Below are positions 13,221-22,787 of a DNA stretch of 32,000 nucleotides, piece by piece. The translations under genes and the position numbers were made by a program. Numbering within the stretch: position 1 is the first letter of the stretch; the number at the start of each line of letters is the position of its first letter. The DNA comes from Saccharicrinis sp. UBA6048 (GTDB taxonomy: Bacteria > Bacteroidota > Bacteroidia > Bacteroidales > Marinilabiliaceae): positions 1 through 32,000 of the forward strand of contig DIYS01000015.1 of the NCBI GenBank assembly GCA_002429115.1, written 5' to 3'. Under the pieces are notes generated by a model. The model did not search any database and was not told the origin of the DNA. It saw only the letters and a program-made list of their open reading frames with translations.

Positions 13221-13293
13221 ACCACGAAGTAACGAAGAATACTAAGAAACTTTGTAAACTTCTTTCTTTGTGAACTTTGAGTCTCTTGGTGGT
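13221..13293. repeat. Imperfect palindromic intergenic element
   Basis: ACCACGAAGTAACGAAGAATACTAAGAAACTTTGTAAACTTCTTTCTTTGTGAACTTTGAGTCTCTTGGTGGT. The outer arms ACCAC..AAG and CTTGGTGGT are imperfectly complementary. Confidence 0.55.
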
Positions 13294-13322
13294 AAAAATA
13301 AAAACGTTAACTCTACATCCAA

Positions 13323-14873
13323 TCAAAGTTTCATGATAAAATCTTTAATGGAATCACCTTTAGCAATATCTAGTTTCTTACGTAGACGGTAACGACTCAT
13401 CTCAATGGATTTAACCTCGATATGGTGCTTTTCAGCCATTTCTTTCGAAGTTAAGTTGTTTCTGATATCAATAATCAGCTGTATCTCTCTCTCGGTCAGC
13501 TTTGGGTATTTATCCTGTAGTCGATATCTGAAGTCCTTTACAAATTCTTCGGATAAAAGATTGCTCTTTGCTTCCTGGGTGAGCACATTTTCAAACTTTT
13601 TCCAGGCCTCTTTTACTTCTTTGGAGTTTGATTTGCTCACGCTTAAAGCCACTGACTTAAGCATTTCATTTCGCTTCGACATGGTTAAGGCCAAGGTATC
13701 AATGGCCTCGTCTCTATAGGCCAGCTTACTGGTTAATTCAGCCTGTTTCTGTTCCTTTTCTTCCAGTTCGTTATTGAGCAATCGCTGACGCTTTAACGCT
13801 TTGTTAATTCTCGCCCTGAATATCATAAAAAACACCACCAACAATATAACTGACAAAGCAATAATCAGGTAGGTTAGAATACGTCGGTTATGCTGTATCT
13901 CCTTGGCTTGTTTGAGTAATTGCTCATCCTGCGCAATCTTTTCGTTTTGCGCATCCAACAGGAAATTCATCACATTTTTAACTTCCTTATTATTGATCTT
14001 CTCATACAGCTCCATGTATTTGCTCTGGAAGCGAAAAGCTGCTTTTGAGTTACCCACCAACCATTCAAATTGATAGCGTACCTGATAGTATTCGATCAGG
14101 CTAAAGCTATAGTTGGTTTGATAACTGAGCTCTTCAGCTTTTTGCAGAGCCTCGGCACATTTATCCAGTTGCCGGGTTTTAAGATACACGTTTGATAATA
14201 TGGCATAGGATTCTAACAAGGCCGATGCATTGCCTGTACTATTGGCAATGGAAGCATTCAGGTATTCTTCTGCTTTGGCCCAGTTTTCCTGATGATAATA
14301 AACGTTGCCTATATTGGTTTCTAGCGTAGACCGAAGGCTTTTAAAACGTCCATTCTGATTATTCAAAAGAAACAATGCCTGACGAAAATACCCAAGTGCT
14401 TTATGGTACTGCCCGGCATTTAACACATCTAATCCTAGTGCATTGGTGTATCGAATTTCACTTCTCGTGTCTTTTCTCCGCTGCGCCGTTTTTAATGCTT
14501 CTTTATGAAATGGTTCAGCAAGCGTTTCATTACCCATATCAAAATAAACCCACCCAATAGTCGCCAGCAGATCCTGATACACAAGGTTCGTATCTGTTTC
14601 GGCAAACAGCTCTTTCCCTTTTAAACCATAAAACAGTGCCGTATGATACTCATGCTTGTATAAATAGGATTGAGCCAGGTTCCAATAGACCAATGCTTTT
14701 TCCCGGATGTCTTCCCCCTCAAGGTCGGTCAATACCTTTTGCGAAATAAGAATACTGCTGTCGGGTTTAGTTTCCTGCAGTTGTTCCGCCTTTTGCAGTT
14801 GCTGGTGTATAGTTTGTCCATTGAGCGGCAGTAACAAGCCTAAACCGATAATTATGGACAAATAAAGCTTCAT
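13323..14873 (-). CDS. TPR-containing, membrane-anchored sensor/regulator with LuxR-like C-terminal HTH
   Basis: N-terminal TPR-like helices, TM segment ILTYLIIALSVILLVVFFMIF, a coiled region and C-terminal LTEREIQLIIDIRNNLTSKEMAEKHHIEVKSIEMSRYRLRKKLDI. Confidence 0.82.
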   Translation of the reverse strand: MKLYLSIIIGLGLLLPLNGQTIHQQLQKAEQLQETKPDSSILISQKVLTDLEGEDIREKALVYWNLAQSYLYKHEYHTALFYGLKGKELFAETDTNLVYQDLLATIGWVYFDMGNETLAEPFHKEALKTAQRRKDTRSEIRYTNALGLDVLNAGQYHKALGYFRQALFLLNNQNGRFKSLRSTLETNIGNVYYHQENWAKAEEYLNASIANSTGNASALLESYAILSNVYLKTRQLDKCAEALQKAEELSYQTNYSFSLIEYYQVRYQFEWLVGNSKAAFRFQSKYMELYEKINNKEVKNVMNFLLDAQNEKIAQDEQLLKQAKEIQHNRRILTYLIIALSVILLVVFFMIFRARINKALKRQRLLNNELEEKEQKQAELTSKLAYRDEAIDTLALTMSKRNEMLKSVALSVSKSNSKEVKEAWKKFENVLTQEAKSNLLSEEFVKDFRYRLQDKYPKLTEREIQLIIDIRNNLTSKEMAEKHHIEVKSIEMSRYRLRKKLDIAKGDSIKDFIMKL

Positions 14874-14928
14874 AGATGTGGTGAATTTTGTTGATGCAAT
14901 TTAATGATTATAATTATTCAAAAAATGG

Positions 14929-14975
14929 AAGGATCACATCTTTATTTACATATCGCGAATAAAGATACGATCCTT
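14929..14975. repeat. Imperfect 18-bp inverted repeat (copy 2 of the 7663-7711 element)
   Basis: AAGGATCACATCTTTATT (14929-14946) and AATAAAGATACGATCCTT (14958-14975). The right arm is identical to positions 7693-7710; the left arm differs at two positions. Confidence 0.8.
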
Positions 14976-15001
14976 TTTGCGGTCTGATTTATACTCCATA
15001 A

Positions 15002-15025
15002 AAAAAGCCCCAAACTGGGGCTTTT
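15002..15025 (-). terminator. Rho-independent terminator downstream of nqrF
   Basis: AAAAAGCCCC-AAACT-GGGGCTTTTT, located just after the nqrF stop on the minus strand. Confidence 0.85.
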
Positions 15026-15035
15026 TAAGTATTAT

Positions 15036-16298
15036 TTATGATCCGAAATCATCGAAGTCAACCATCTCATCCGGTACTCCAAGATCGTACAGCATTTTTG
15101 TTACTGCGTCGTTCATCATCGGAGGTCCACATAAGTAGTATTCCACATCTTCCGGCTCTTCATGCTTACTTAAGTACTCGTCATGAATCACCTGGTGGAT
15201 AAAGCCTGTTGCACCATCCCAGTTATCTTCCGGTAATGGCTCAGACAGGGCAATGGTGAATTTAAAGTTCGGGAACTCTTTCTCGATCGCGCGGAAGTGA
15301 TCTTCGTAGAAAATCTCTTTACGCGAACGTGCTCCGTACCAGAAAGTGGCCTTACGACCTGTTTTCAGGGTGTGGAACAGGTGGAAAATGTGCGAACGCA
15401 TTGGCGCCATACCAGCACCACCACCAATAAACATCATCTCACGATCGGTTTCCTTAATAAAGAACTCACCGTAAGGACCAGAAACAGTTACCTTATCGCC
15501 CGGCTTACGTGAGAAGATAAATGAAGAACAAATACCAGGATTCACCTTCTGGAATCCGCCCGCTACACGATCCCATGGAGGCGTAGCAATACGGATGTTC
15601 AACATCACAATGTTACCTTCTGCAGGGTGGTTAGCCATTGAGTAGGCACGGTATGTTGGCTCCGGATTCTTCATCTTAAGATCGAACATGCCGAATTTCT
15701 CCCATTCGCCACGGTATTCATCTTCGATGTCCATATCCTTGAAGTCCACATCAATTTTAGGCACGTCAATCTGGATGTAACCACCCGATTTAAAGTCTAA
15801 GATTTCACCTTCTGGCAACTTCACCACAAATTCCTTAATAAAGGTTGCCTGTCCATCGTTAGATACCACTTCACACTCCCATTTCTTGATACCCATAATT
15901 TCCTGAGGTATCTGCATAGCCATGTCTTCTTTCACCTTTACCTGACAAGCTAAACGCCAGTTGTTGGCTTGCTCCTTACGGGTAAAGTAGCCTGTTTCGG
16001 TAGGTAAAATTGAACCTGCACCACTATCAACCTGACAGCGACACATGGCACATGTACCACCTCCACCACAAGCTGAAGGAAGGAAGATTTTATTATCACC
16101 CAAAGCCGAAAGCAAGGTCTGACCCGGGTCTACCACCAATTCTTTTTCGCCATCGTTAATATTGATGGTTACTTCGCCCGATGGCATCAGTTTTTTCTTA
16201 GCGTACAATAGAATCGACACCAGGGCAAGGATCACCACAAGGAAAATCGCTATACTGGTAAGAATGACCATCGTACTATTTACTGCTAATACTATCAT
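15036..16298 (-). CDS. nqrF: Na+-translocating NADH:quinone reductase subunit F
   Basis: 2Fe-2S motif PSACGGGGTCAMCRCQV, FAD-binding RAYSMANHP, and NAD-binding MMFIGGGAGMAPMRSHI and YYLCGPPMMNDAV. Confidence 0.98.
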   Translation of the reverse strand: MIVLAVNSTMVILTSIAIFLVVILALVSILLYAKKKLMPSGEVTININDGEKELVVDPGQTLLSALGDNKIFLPSACGGGGTCAMCRCQVDSGAGSILPTETGYFTRKEQANNWRLACQVKVKEDMAMQIPQEIMGIKKWECEVVSNDGQATFIKEFVVKLPEGEILDFKSGGYIQIDVPKIDVDFKDMDIEDEYRGEWEKFGMFDLKMKNPEPTYRAYSMANHPAEGNIVMLNIRIATPPWDRVAGGFQKVNPGICSSFIFSRKPGDKVTVSGPYGEFFIKETDREMMFIGGGAGMAPMRSHIFHLFHTLKTGRKATFWYGARSRKEIFYEDHFRAIEKEFPNFKFTIALSEPLPEDNWDGATGFIHQVIHDEYLSKHEEPEDVEYYLCGPPMMNDAVTKMLYDLGVPDEMVDFDDFGS

Positions 16299-16317
16299 TT
16301 CTAATACGTTTTACTTT

Positions 16318-16953
16318 TTACAACTGAATACCCATGAAACTCATAAATGCCACACCCATCAAGCCAGTTACAATAAACGTAATACCTAAGCCACGCAATG
16401 GCGCTGGTATGTCAGAATATTGAATTTTCTCGCGGATGGCCGCAATACCAACAATTGCCAGTAACCAACCAATACCCGAACCAAATCCGAATACAGTTGC
16501 TTCACCAAGGTTAGCATATTCGCGCTCTTGCATAAACAACGAACCACCTAGGATGGCACAGTTTACAGCAATCAGCGGTAAGAAGATACCCAGTTGAGTA
16601 TAAAGTGTAGGTGCAAATTTTTCAACCACCATTTCCACCAACTGCACCATAGATGCAATTACGGCGATAAACATGATAAAGCTTAAGAAGCTTAAATCAA
16701 AGTTTGCAAAAAGAGGTTCCTGAACACCTAATAAGTTGTCTAACCATACCAAGGCACCTTCGCTTAACACATAATCATTAAGCAAGTAGTTCACCGGCAC
16801 GGTGATACTTAGTACAAAAGTCACAGCCAATCCAAGACCAAAAGAGGTATTCACGGTTTTTGATACTGCCAGGTACGAACACATACCAAAGAAGTAGGCA
16901 AATACCATGTTATCAATAAAGATTGACCGGATAAATATATTTATATAATCCAT
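16318..16953 (-). CDS. nqrE: Na+-translocating NADH:quinone reductase subunit E
   Basis: Six-TM pattern with [31 protein letters not shown] and [21 protein letters not shown]; operon position. Confidence 0.97.
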   Translation of the reverse strand: MDYINIFIRSIFIDNMVFAYFFGMCSYLAVSKTVNTSFGLGLAVTFVLSITVPVNYLLNDYVLSEGALVWLDNLLGVQEPLFANFDLSFLSFIMFIAVIASMVQLVEMVVEKFAPTLYTQLGIFLPLIAVNCAILGGSLFMQEREYANLGEATVFGFGSGIGWLLAIVGIAAIREKIQYSDIPAPLRGLGITFIVTGLMGVAFMSFMGIQL

Positions 16954-16971
16954 TTTTCTGCTTTTTTACAA

Positions 16972-17637
16972 TTACGACTCTATCAAATCTTTATCTCTTG
17001 AACGCTGTACCCAGATGATAATACCCACTACAATCAAAGCCATTGGAGGTAGAATCATGAAACCGTTGTTAGCATATCCCCATTGATAGAAGATATCCGG
17101 TACAATTTGAATGGCTCCGATACCTGGTAAAGTAAGGAATCCGGTTCCTAATAGCTCGCGGAAGAAAGCTACCACGATCAGGATAAAACCGTATCCGGCA
17201 CCGTTACCAATACCATCAAGTACTGCAGGCCATGGTTTGTTACCCAAAGCAAAGGCTTCCAGTCGTCCCATGATGATACAGTTGGTAATAATCAGCCCAA
17301 CAAATACCGAGAGCTGCAAACTTACCTCATAGGCAAAGGCTTTCAGCACCTGGTCAACAATAATTACCAATGATGCCACCACTACCAACTGCACGATAAT
17401 ACGAATACGCGAAGGAATGGTGTTGCGCAACAATGATATAATCAGGTTAGAGAATACTGTTACAAACATAACAGAGATTGACAATACGATTGCCGGCTCT
17501 AATTTTACTGTTACCGCTAATGCAGAACAGATACCCAATACCTGAATCGTAATCGGGTTTTGTGCTCCCAGAGGAGTTGTAATCAGCTTCAGGTTCTTGG
17601 CTGAGAACAATGGTTCTTTTTCACTACTCATCGTCAC
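16972..17637 (-). CDS. nqrD: Na+-translocating NADH:quinone reductase subunit D
   Basis: QVLGICSALAVT, VGLIITNCIIMGRLEAFALGNKPWPAVLDGIGNGAGYG; operon position. Confidence 0.97.
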   Translation of the reverse strand: MTMSSEKEPLFSAKNLKLITTPLGAQNPITIQVLGICSALAVTVKLEPAIVLSISVMFVTVFSNLIISLLRNTIPSRIRIIVQLVVVASLVIIVDQVLKAFAYEVSLQLSVFVGLIITNCIIMGRLEAFALGNKPWPAVLDGIGNGAGYGFILIVVAFFRELLGTGFLTLPGIGAIQIVPDIFYQWGYANNGFMILPPMALIVVGIIIWVQRSRDKDLIES

Positions 17638-17643
17638 AATATT

Positions 17644-18342
17644 TTAGTTCTTTAAAAACTTTTCATAACCACTCAGGCAGTCTTGCAACATGGTACCTAC
17701 ACCAACACTGGTAATAGTACCACCAGAGATACCATCCACTTTGTGAAGGTCGCCCTGCGACTGTCCTTTTTTCACCACTTCGATAGAAGCAAAAGTGCCG
17801 TTCTCGTCAAACAACTTTTTGCCTTTGAAAGGGTCACGGAACATTGGAGTTGTAATTTCTGCTCCCAGTCCAGGTGTTTCACCTTTGTGACCGAAAGTAG
17901 CACCGAAAACAGTGTTCTTGTCTTCATCTAAGGATACATACCCCCAGATAGGGCCCCAAAGACCTTTACCTCTTACCGGAATCACATATTTAGTGTCTCC
18001 GTTATCAAGTTTACATTCATAAATCGGGTAAGCACGCTCAGTACCGGTTTTCTTAACCTCTTTGGCCATGTCAACTGTAAAGGCATCTAAACCACTTTGC
18101 TTCTCGCCATTGTTATTAACAACGTAAGCATTCGCCCCGATGTATTTCTCGTATTTTGCTTCAGCATCAGCTGCTGTACTCTCAATCTGTACCGATTTCA
18201 GGATGTCCATCTTTTTGGCCACAGCCGCATTTTTATCCTGCATTGGTTTTAACGATTGTGCTAAGAACGCCAAAATGGCCGCTACCACAATCACCATAAC
18301 AGATGCGTACAGAAAAGTATAAGTATTTCCTTGTCTATCCAT
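17644..18342 (-). CDS. nqrC: Na+-translocating NADH:quinone reductase subunit C
   Basis: FMN attachment-like motif DGISGGTITSVGVGTML, GKGLWGPIWGYVSL, PGLGAEIT; operon position. Confidence 0.97.
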   Translation of the reverse strand: MDRQGNTYTFLYASVMVIVVAAILAFLAQSLKPMQDKNAAVAKKMDILKSVQIESTAADAEAKYEKYIGANAYVVNNNGEKQSGLDAFTVDMAKEVKKTGTERAYPIYECKLDNGDTKYVIPVRGKGLWGPIWGYVSLDEDKNTVFGATFGHKGETPGLGAEITTPMFRDPFKGKKLFDENGTFASIEVVKKGQSQGDLHKVDGISGGTITSVGVGTMLQDCLSGYEKFLKN

Positions 18343-18354
18343 TTTACTAATTAT

Positions 18355-19530
18355 TTAGGCAGCTACTTTAGCTCGTTTTAAACGACGTTTGATATTTCCT
18401 TGTACCACATAGTGGTCGATAAGTGGCGCGAATGTGTTCATCAATAAGATGGCCAACATTACTCCTTCCGGATAAGCCGGGTTGAATACACGTACCATAA
18501 CGGCTAAGAATCCAATCAGGAATCCGTAAATCCACTTTCCTTTTTCAGTTCGGGTTGCCGATACTGGGTCAGTTGCCATAAATACAGCACCGAAAGCAAA
18601 TCCACCTAATAATAAGTGATGAAGTGCATCTACCTGCATTAACTCATTGGCTCCCCACAGGTTGAATAACAAGCCCATTACGTAACCACCTGCAAAAACT
18701 GAAGCCATAATCTTCCAGCTTCCAATACCAGTATAAATAAGGATAATTGCTCCGATTAAAATGGCTAGTGTTGATGTTTCACCGATAGAACCAGGAATCA
18801 TACCTACAAAACTATGCCAGATATCAAAAGCTCCACCTTCAGCAAACTTGGTCATGTTACCGCTGGCAGCATCACCAAGGGCAGTTGCTCCTGAGAAACC
18901 ATCAACAATACCTTCGCCTTTATCTAAACAAGAGATCCAAACTTTATCACCCGACATTTTTGACGGATATGCAAAGAATAAAAAGGCACGTGCTACTAAA
19001 GCCGGGTTCCAGATATTCATACCTGTACCACCAAATACCTCTTTACCGATGACTACTGCAAAAATTGTTGCTACAGCCACCATCCATAGTGGAATATCAA
19101 CCGGTAACACCAATGGAATTAGCATACCCGATACAAGGAAACCTTCCTGCACTTCGTGGCCACGCATTTGAGCAAACATAAACTCAACACCCAAACCAAC
19201 ACCGTATGATACAATGACGATAGGCAATACTTTTAAGGCACCATGTCCAATCATTTCCCAGAATGTGGCATCCTGCCCCAAAGCAAGGAAATGCTGGTAG
19301 CCTGTATTCCAAATACCAAATAGCAATGCCGGAATTAAAGCCTTCACAACAATTGCCATGGTACGCTTCAAATCGACTGCGTCACGCACATGAACCCCGT
19401 TTTTGTTCGTAGTATTCGGAACAAAGAATAAGGTTTCAAGCGCATCGTAGGTCGAATGAAGTTTCTCAAACTTCGCGCCCTTCTGAACGTGAGGTTTGAT
19501 GTTATCAAATAAATTTCTTAACGCTTTCAA
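18355..19530 (-). CDS. nqrB: Na+-translocating NADH:quinone reductase subunit B
   Basis: DGFSGATALGDA flavinylation motif, GMNIWNPALVARAFLFFAYP, FMATDPVSATRTEKGKWIYG; operon position. Confidence 0.98.
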   Translation of the reverse strand: MKALRNLFDNIKPHVQKGAKFEKLHSTYDALETLFFVPNTTNKNGVHVRDAVDLKRTMAIVVKALIPALLFGIWNTGYQHFLALGQDATFWEMIGHGALKVLPIVIVSYGVGLGVEFMFAQMRGHEVQEGFLVSGMLIPLVLPVDIPLWMVAVATIFAVVIGKEVFGGTGMNIWNPALVARAFLFFAYPSKMSGDKVWISCLDKGEGIVDGFSGATALGDAASGNMTKFAEGGAFDIWHSFVGMIPGSIGETSTLAILIGAIILIYTGIGSWKIMASVFAGGYVMGLLFNLWGANELMQVDALHHLLLGGFAFGAVFMATDPVSATRTEKGKWIYGFLIGFLAVMVRVFNPAYPEGVMLAILLMNTFAPLIDHYVVQGNIKRRLKRAKVAA

Positions 19531-19554
19531 TGTAAATTAGTTTAATAGTTTTCA

Positions 19555-19578
19555 GGCAGAAGGCAGAAGGCAGAAGGC
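19555..19578. repeat. 7-bp tandem repeat (GGCAGAA x3 + GGC) in the nqrA-nqrB intergenic gap
   Basis: GGCAGAAGGCAGAAGGCAGAAGGC read directly from the sequence. Confidence 0.9.
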
Positions 19579-19619
19579 TATTCTCATCGGTCTTCCGTCA
19601 TCTGTCTTCTAACTTATTA

Positions 19620-20969
19620 TTAACTCAACTCTTTAATCATTAAATCAATACCCTTACGCAATGTTGCCTGAAGCGGCTGCTTCGAAGTACATACAAACTC
19701 ACAAAGAGCAATGTCTTCTTCGGCCAACTCGTAAATACCCAGTTGCTCCATCTTGTCGATATCTTCAACCAAAATAGCCCTGAATAAAAACTCAGGAAGG
19801 ATATCCATTGGTAACACTTTATCGTATTGTCCGGATACTACAAATGAACGAAGACCACCATGCATGTTAGCATCTAAACGGTATTCTTTCTTTTTGCACA
19901 ACCAACTGAAGAAGGTACGCGACATACTGAACTTATTGAATCCTGGCAATGCCCATCCCATAAACTCATAATAATCACCCTCTGGAATAACGGTTACTTG
20001 TGAGTGATAAGCTCCAAGATAACCATCTTCTTCAATGTGGGTTCCGGTTAGCACATTACCACTGATGTAACGTACTTTATCATCGGTTTTAATATTTTCT
20101 TTAACAATGGCAGAGATGCTGGCGCCTAATTTTGTGCGGTAATAGCCCTTCTTCTCAACTTCGCTACCTGCTAATACTACAATACGGTCAGCATCATAGA
20201 TTCCTTCGGTAAATAATTTACCAATAGCAACGATTTCCTGCGGCTGAGCAACCCACACAACTTCACCTTTATTAACAGGCATGATGTGATGAATCTGAAT
20301 ACCAACATTACCGGCCGGGTGTGGGCCTTCGAATGCGTGTACTGTGACTCCATTTAAGTTGTTAAACACCTTTGATGCGGCATCATTTTGTACGCCTACA
20401 TGAACGTTGTCGCACAAACGCTTGATGACATCAATACCAGCTTGCAATGCTTCTTCCTGACTCGAAAGGATAAAATCCATATCCGGTGCCAAGGGTGCAC
20501 TGTCGAAGCCCGAAATGAAGAATGCCTTTGGTGTTTCGCTGGCATTGGCAATCACATCATACGGACGTTTGCGGATAAACGGCCAAAGACCTGCTGCCTG
20601 CAACTTCTCAACAACTTGCTCTTTAGAAAGGTCGGCAGGCTTAGCAGTTTCAAACTGCTCTTTCTCATCTGCACCATCAGACTTTACTACCACCTCAAGG
20701 ATTTTACGGCGTTCGCCACGATTTACCGCAGCCAACTCTCCACTAACAGGAGACACAAATTTTATTTCCGGACGATTCTTGTCGAAAAATAAAACTGTAC
20801 CCGCTTTCACCTTGTCCCCAACTTTTACAGCCATTTTAGGAACCACACCATGAAAATCAGTTGGTTTCACTGCAAAAAGCTCGGGTAATTCAGCCTGACC
20901 GAATACCTTATCGGCTTTACCGACAAGTTGTATATCAAGACCTTTTTTTATTTTTATTACCTCTGACAT
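19620..20969 (-). CDS. nqrA: Na+-translocating NADH:quinone reductase subunit A
   Basis: IKIKKGLDIQLVGKAD, NVGIQIHHIMPVNKGEVVW, GRLFTEG-like GKLFTEGIYDADRIV; first gene of the nqr cluster. Confidence 0.97.
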   Translation of the reverse strand: MSEVIKIKKGLDIQLVGKADKVFGQAELPELFAVKPTDFHGVVPKMAVKVGDKVKAGTVLFFDKNRPEIKFVSPVSGELAAVNRGERRKILEVVVKSDGADEKEQFETAKPADLSKEQVVEKLQAAGLWPFIRKRPYDVIANASETPKAFFISGFDSAPLAPDMDFILSSQEEALQAGIDVIKRLCDNVHVGVQNDAASKVFNNLNGVTVHAFEGPHPAGNVGIQIHHIMPVNKGEVVWVAQPQEIVAIGKLFTEGIYDADRIVVLAGSEVEKKGYYRTKLGASISAIVKENIKTDDKVRYISGNVLTGTHIEEDGYLGAYHSQVTVIPEGDYYEFMGWALPGFNKFSMSRTFFSWLCKKKEYRLDANMHGGLRSFVVSGQYDKVLPMDILPEFLFRAILVEDIDKMEQLGIYELAEEDIALCEFVCTSKQPLQATLRKGIDLMIKELS

Positions 20970-21061
20970 GTTTGAAAAACGGTTTTTTTATTTTTACGCG
21001 CAAAAATACATAAATTTATCAGTAATCCATATAAATTGCTTCCGCAAAACTCGCGTCAATC

Positions 21062-22405
21062 ATGGACAAATATCACAAATACGGCTGCATCGCTTATCCA
21101 ATAAGGATTTTAAGCTCTTTAATACACAAATACGTTTTATCAATTGTTATTCTGTTGGGTTTAATTACCCTTTTCGCTTCTGATATTCGAGCTGATAATC
21201 CTGTAAAAACGGCTTCTCATATTAAAACAGTTCAGCTCTACAAAAAAGGGTGGAACATGTCCTACCCCATCATCAACTTAAATCCACAAGAGCAGCTAAC
21301 CCTGGAGTTTGATGATTTTGCCTACGAATCGAAAAACTATCAATACAGCATTATCCATTGCGATTCAAACTGGGAAGAATCGAACCTGATGCAAACAGAA
21401 TATGTGAAAGGCTTTATGCCAAATCCAGTGCTGGACTACCAGTACTCCTTCAACACAACTTTCGATTACATTCATTATACACTGGATTTCCCCAACCGAG
21501 ATATCTCACTAAAGTTATCGGGCAATTATATCATCAAAATATTTGAGCAAGGTAGCGAGGATCAGCCGATATTAACTCGTCCGTTTTACGTTTCAGAGTC
21601 ACTGGTTAGTATCTTTCCACGTATACGATACACCTCCAATTCGAACTTTCGTGAATCGATGCAGGAAGTCAACTTCACCATTGAACACCCGAATTTCAGA
21701 ATTGCCAATCCCAACGAAGAAATTAAAGTGATCCTTCAACAAAATGGACGATGGGACAATCAGATTGATGATTTGAAACCATTGTTCATCCGTCATCAGG
21801 AACTTGATTACTCTTATAACCGCGAAAACTTGTTTGATGGTGGTAACGAATATCGTTGGCTTGATGTTAGAAGCACACGATTTGCCCCCGAGCATGTTGA
21901 AAAGATCAGCTTCTTTGATCCGCATTACCATTTTACCTTATACGCCGATAAGTTTTTAAGTAAAAAACCATACTTCTATCGAGAGGATTTTAACGGTAAA
22001 TATTACATCGAGGTGAAAGAAAACCGTGATCCTATGATTGAAGCCGATTATGTGTATGTGCATTTTGCATTACCTGTTCCTGCTCCATATGCAGATGGAT
22101 ATATATATGTCACGGGTGGATTGAGTGACTGGCAGCTCCATCAAGCCAATAAAATGGAATATAACTATAACTCTCACATGTATGAATTAACCTTACTACT
22201 CAAGCAGGGCTTCTATAATTATCAATACCACTTTTTAGAAAACAACCATAGTAAAGCGGAAGTGGAGCGCTTTGAAGGTAACTACGGACAAACGGAAAAC
22301 GACTATATCATTTATGTGTACTACAAAGGCATTGGTGATAACTATGAGCGATTGATTGGAGTTAACATTTCTAATTCGCTAAAGTATAGTGTGAAAGGGA
22401 AGTAA
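21062..22405 (+). CDS. DUF5103 / type IX secretion system plug-like protein
   Basis: SYPIINLNPQEQLTLEFDDFAYESKNYQYSIIHCDSNWEESNLMQTEYVKGF, NPNEEIKVILQQNGRWDNQIDDLKPLFI and GNYGQTENDYIIYVYYKG match this conserved Bacteroidetes family. Confidence 0.82.
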   Translation: MDKYHKYGCIAYPIRILSSLIHKYVLSIVILLGLITLFASDIRADNPVKTASHIKTVQLYKKGWNMSYPIINLNPQEQLTLEFDDFAYESKNYQYSIIHCDSNWEESNLMQTEYVKGFMPNPVLDYQYSFNTTFDYIHYTLDFPNRDISLKLSGNYIIKIFEQGSEDQPILTRPFYVSESLVSIFPRIRYTSNSNFRESMQEVNFTIEHPNFRIANPNEEIKVILQQNGRWDNQIDDLKPLFIRHQELDYSYNRENLFDGGNEYRWLDVRSTRFAPEHVEKISFFDPHYHFTLYADKFLSKKPYFYREDFNGKYYIEVKENRDPMIEADYVYVHFALPVPAPYADGYIYVTGGLSDWQLHQANKMEYNYNSHMYELTLLLKQGFYNYQYHFLENNHSKAEVERFEGNYGQTENDYIIYVYYKGIGDNYERLIGVNISNSLKYSVKGK

Positions 22406-22787
22406 TCGGTTTTGGGTTTCGAATTTTGGGTCTTATTTTAAGCTACAAAATCTTTAATGAAATCCCCCTCCCCATTCCTTCGTCGTGGTACTTTCCTTTA
22501 TTCCCAAGTGTAGAAGCATTTACAGCCAGGAAACAAAATGTTTGACATCGCTCTTACTTAACGACCTGTGACTATTGACCATTCAATAATCAACGTTAAA
22601 TAACTGACCGTTTTCGTCACCAAAATCAAACCATTCACCTACAATAACACGTCATTCGTCAAGCAAATTAAAATTAATACTAAAAAAAGTGTTACGCTTT
22701 GCACCTTACTGCAATTAACTATATAAACACCAAACTTTATTTTAAGCAAAAGCCGGTGTATATAGTTAAACTTTTAATCCTTACTTA

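Noticed and set aside
18761-20853. + strand ORFs of 136, 134 and 112 aa
   Set aside because: Antisense to nqrB and nqrA; composition reflects codon structure of the real genes.
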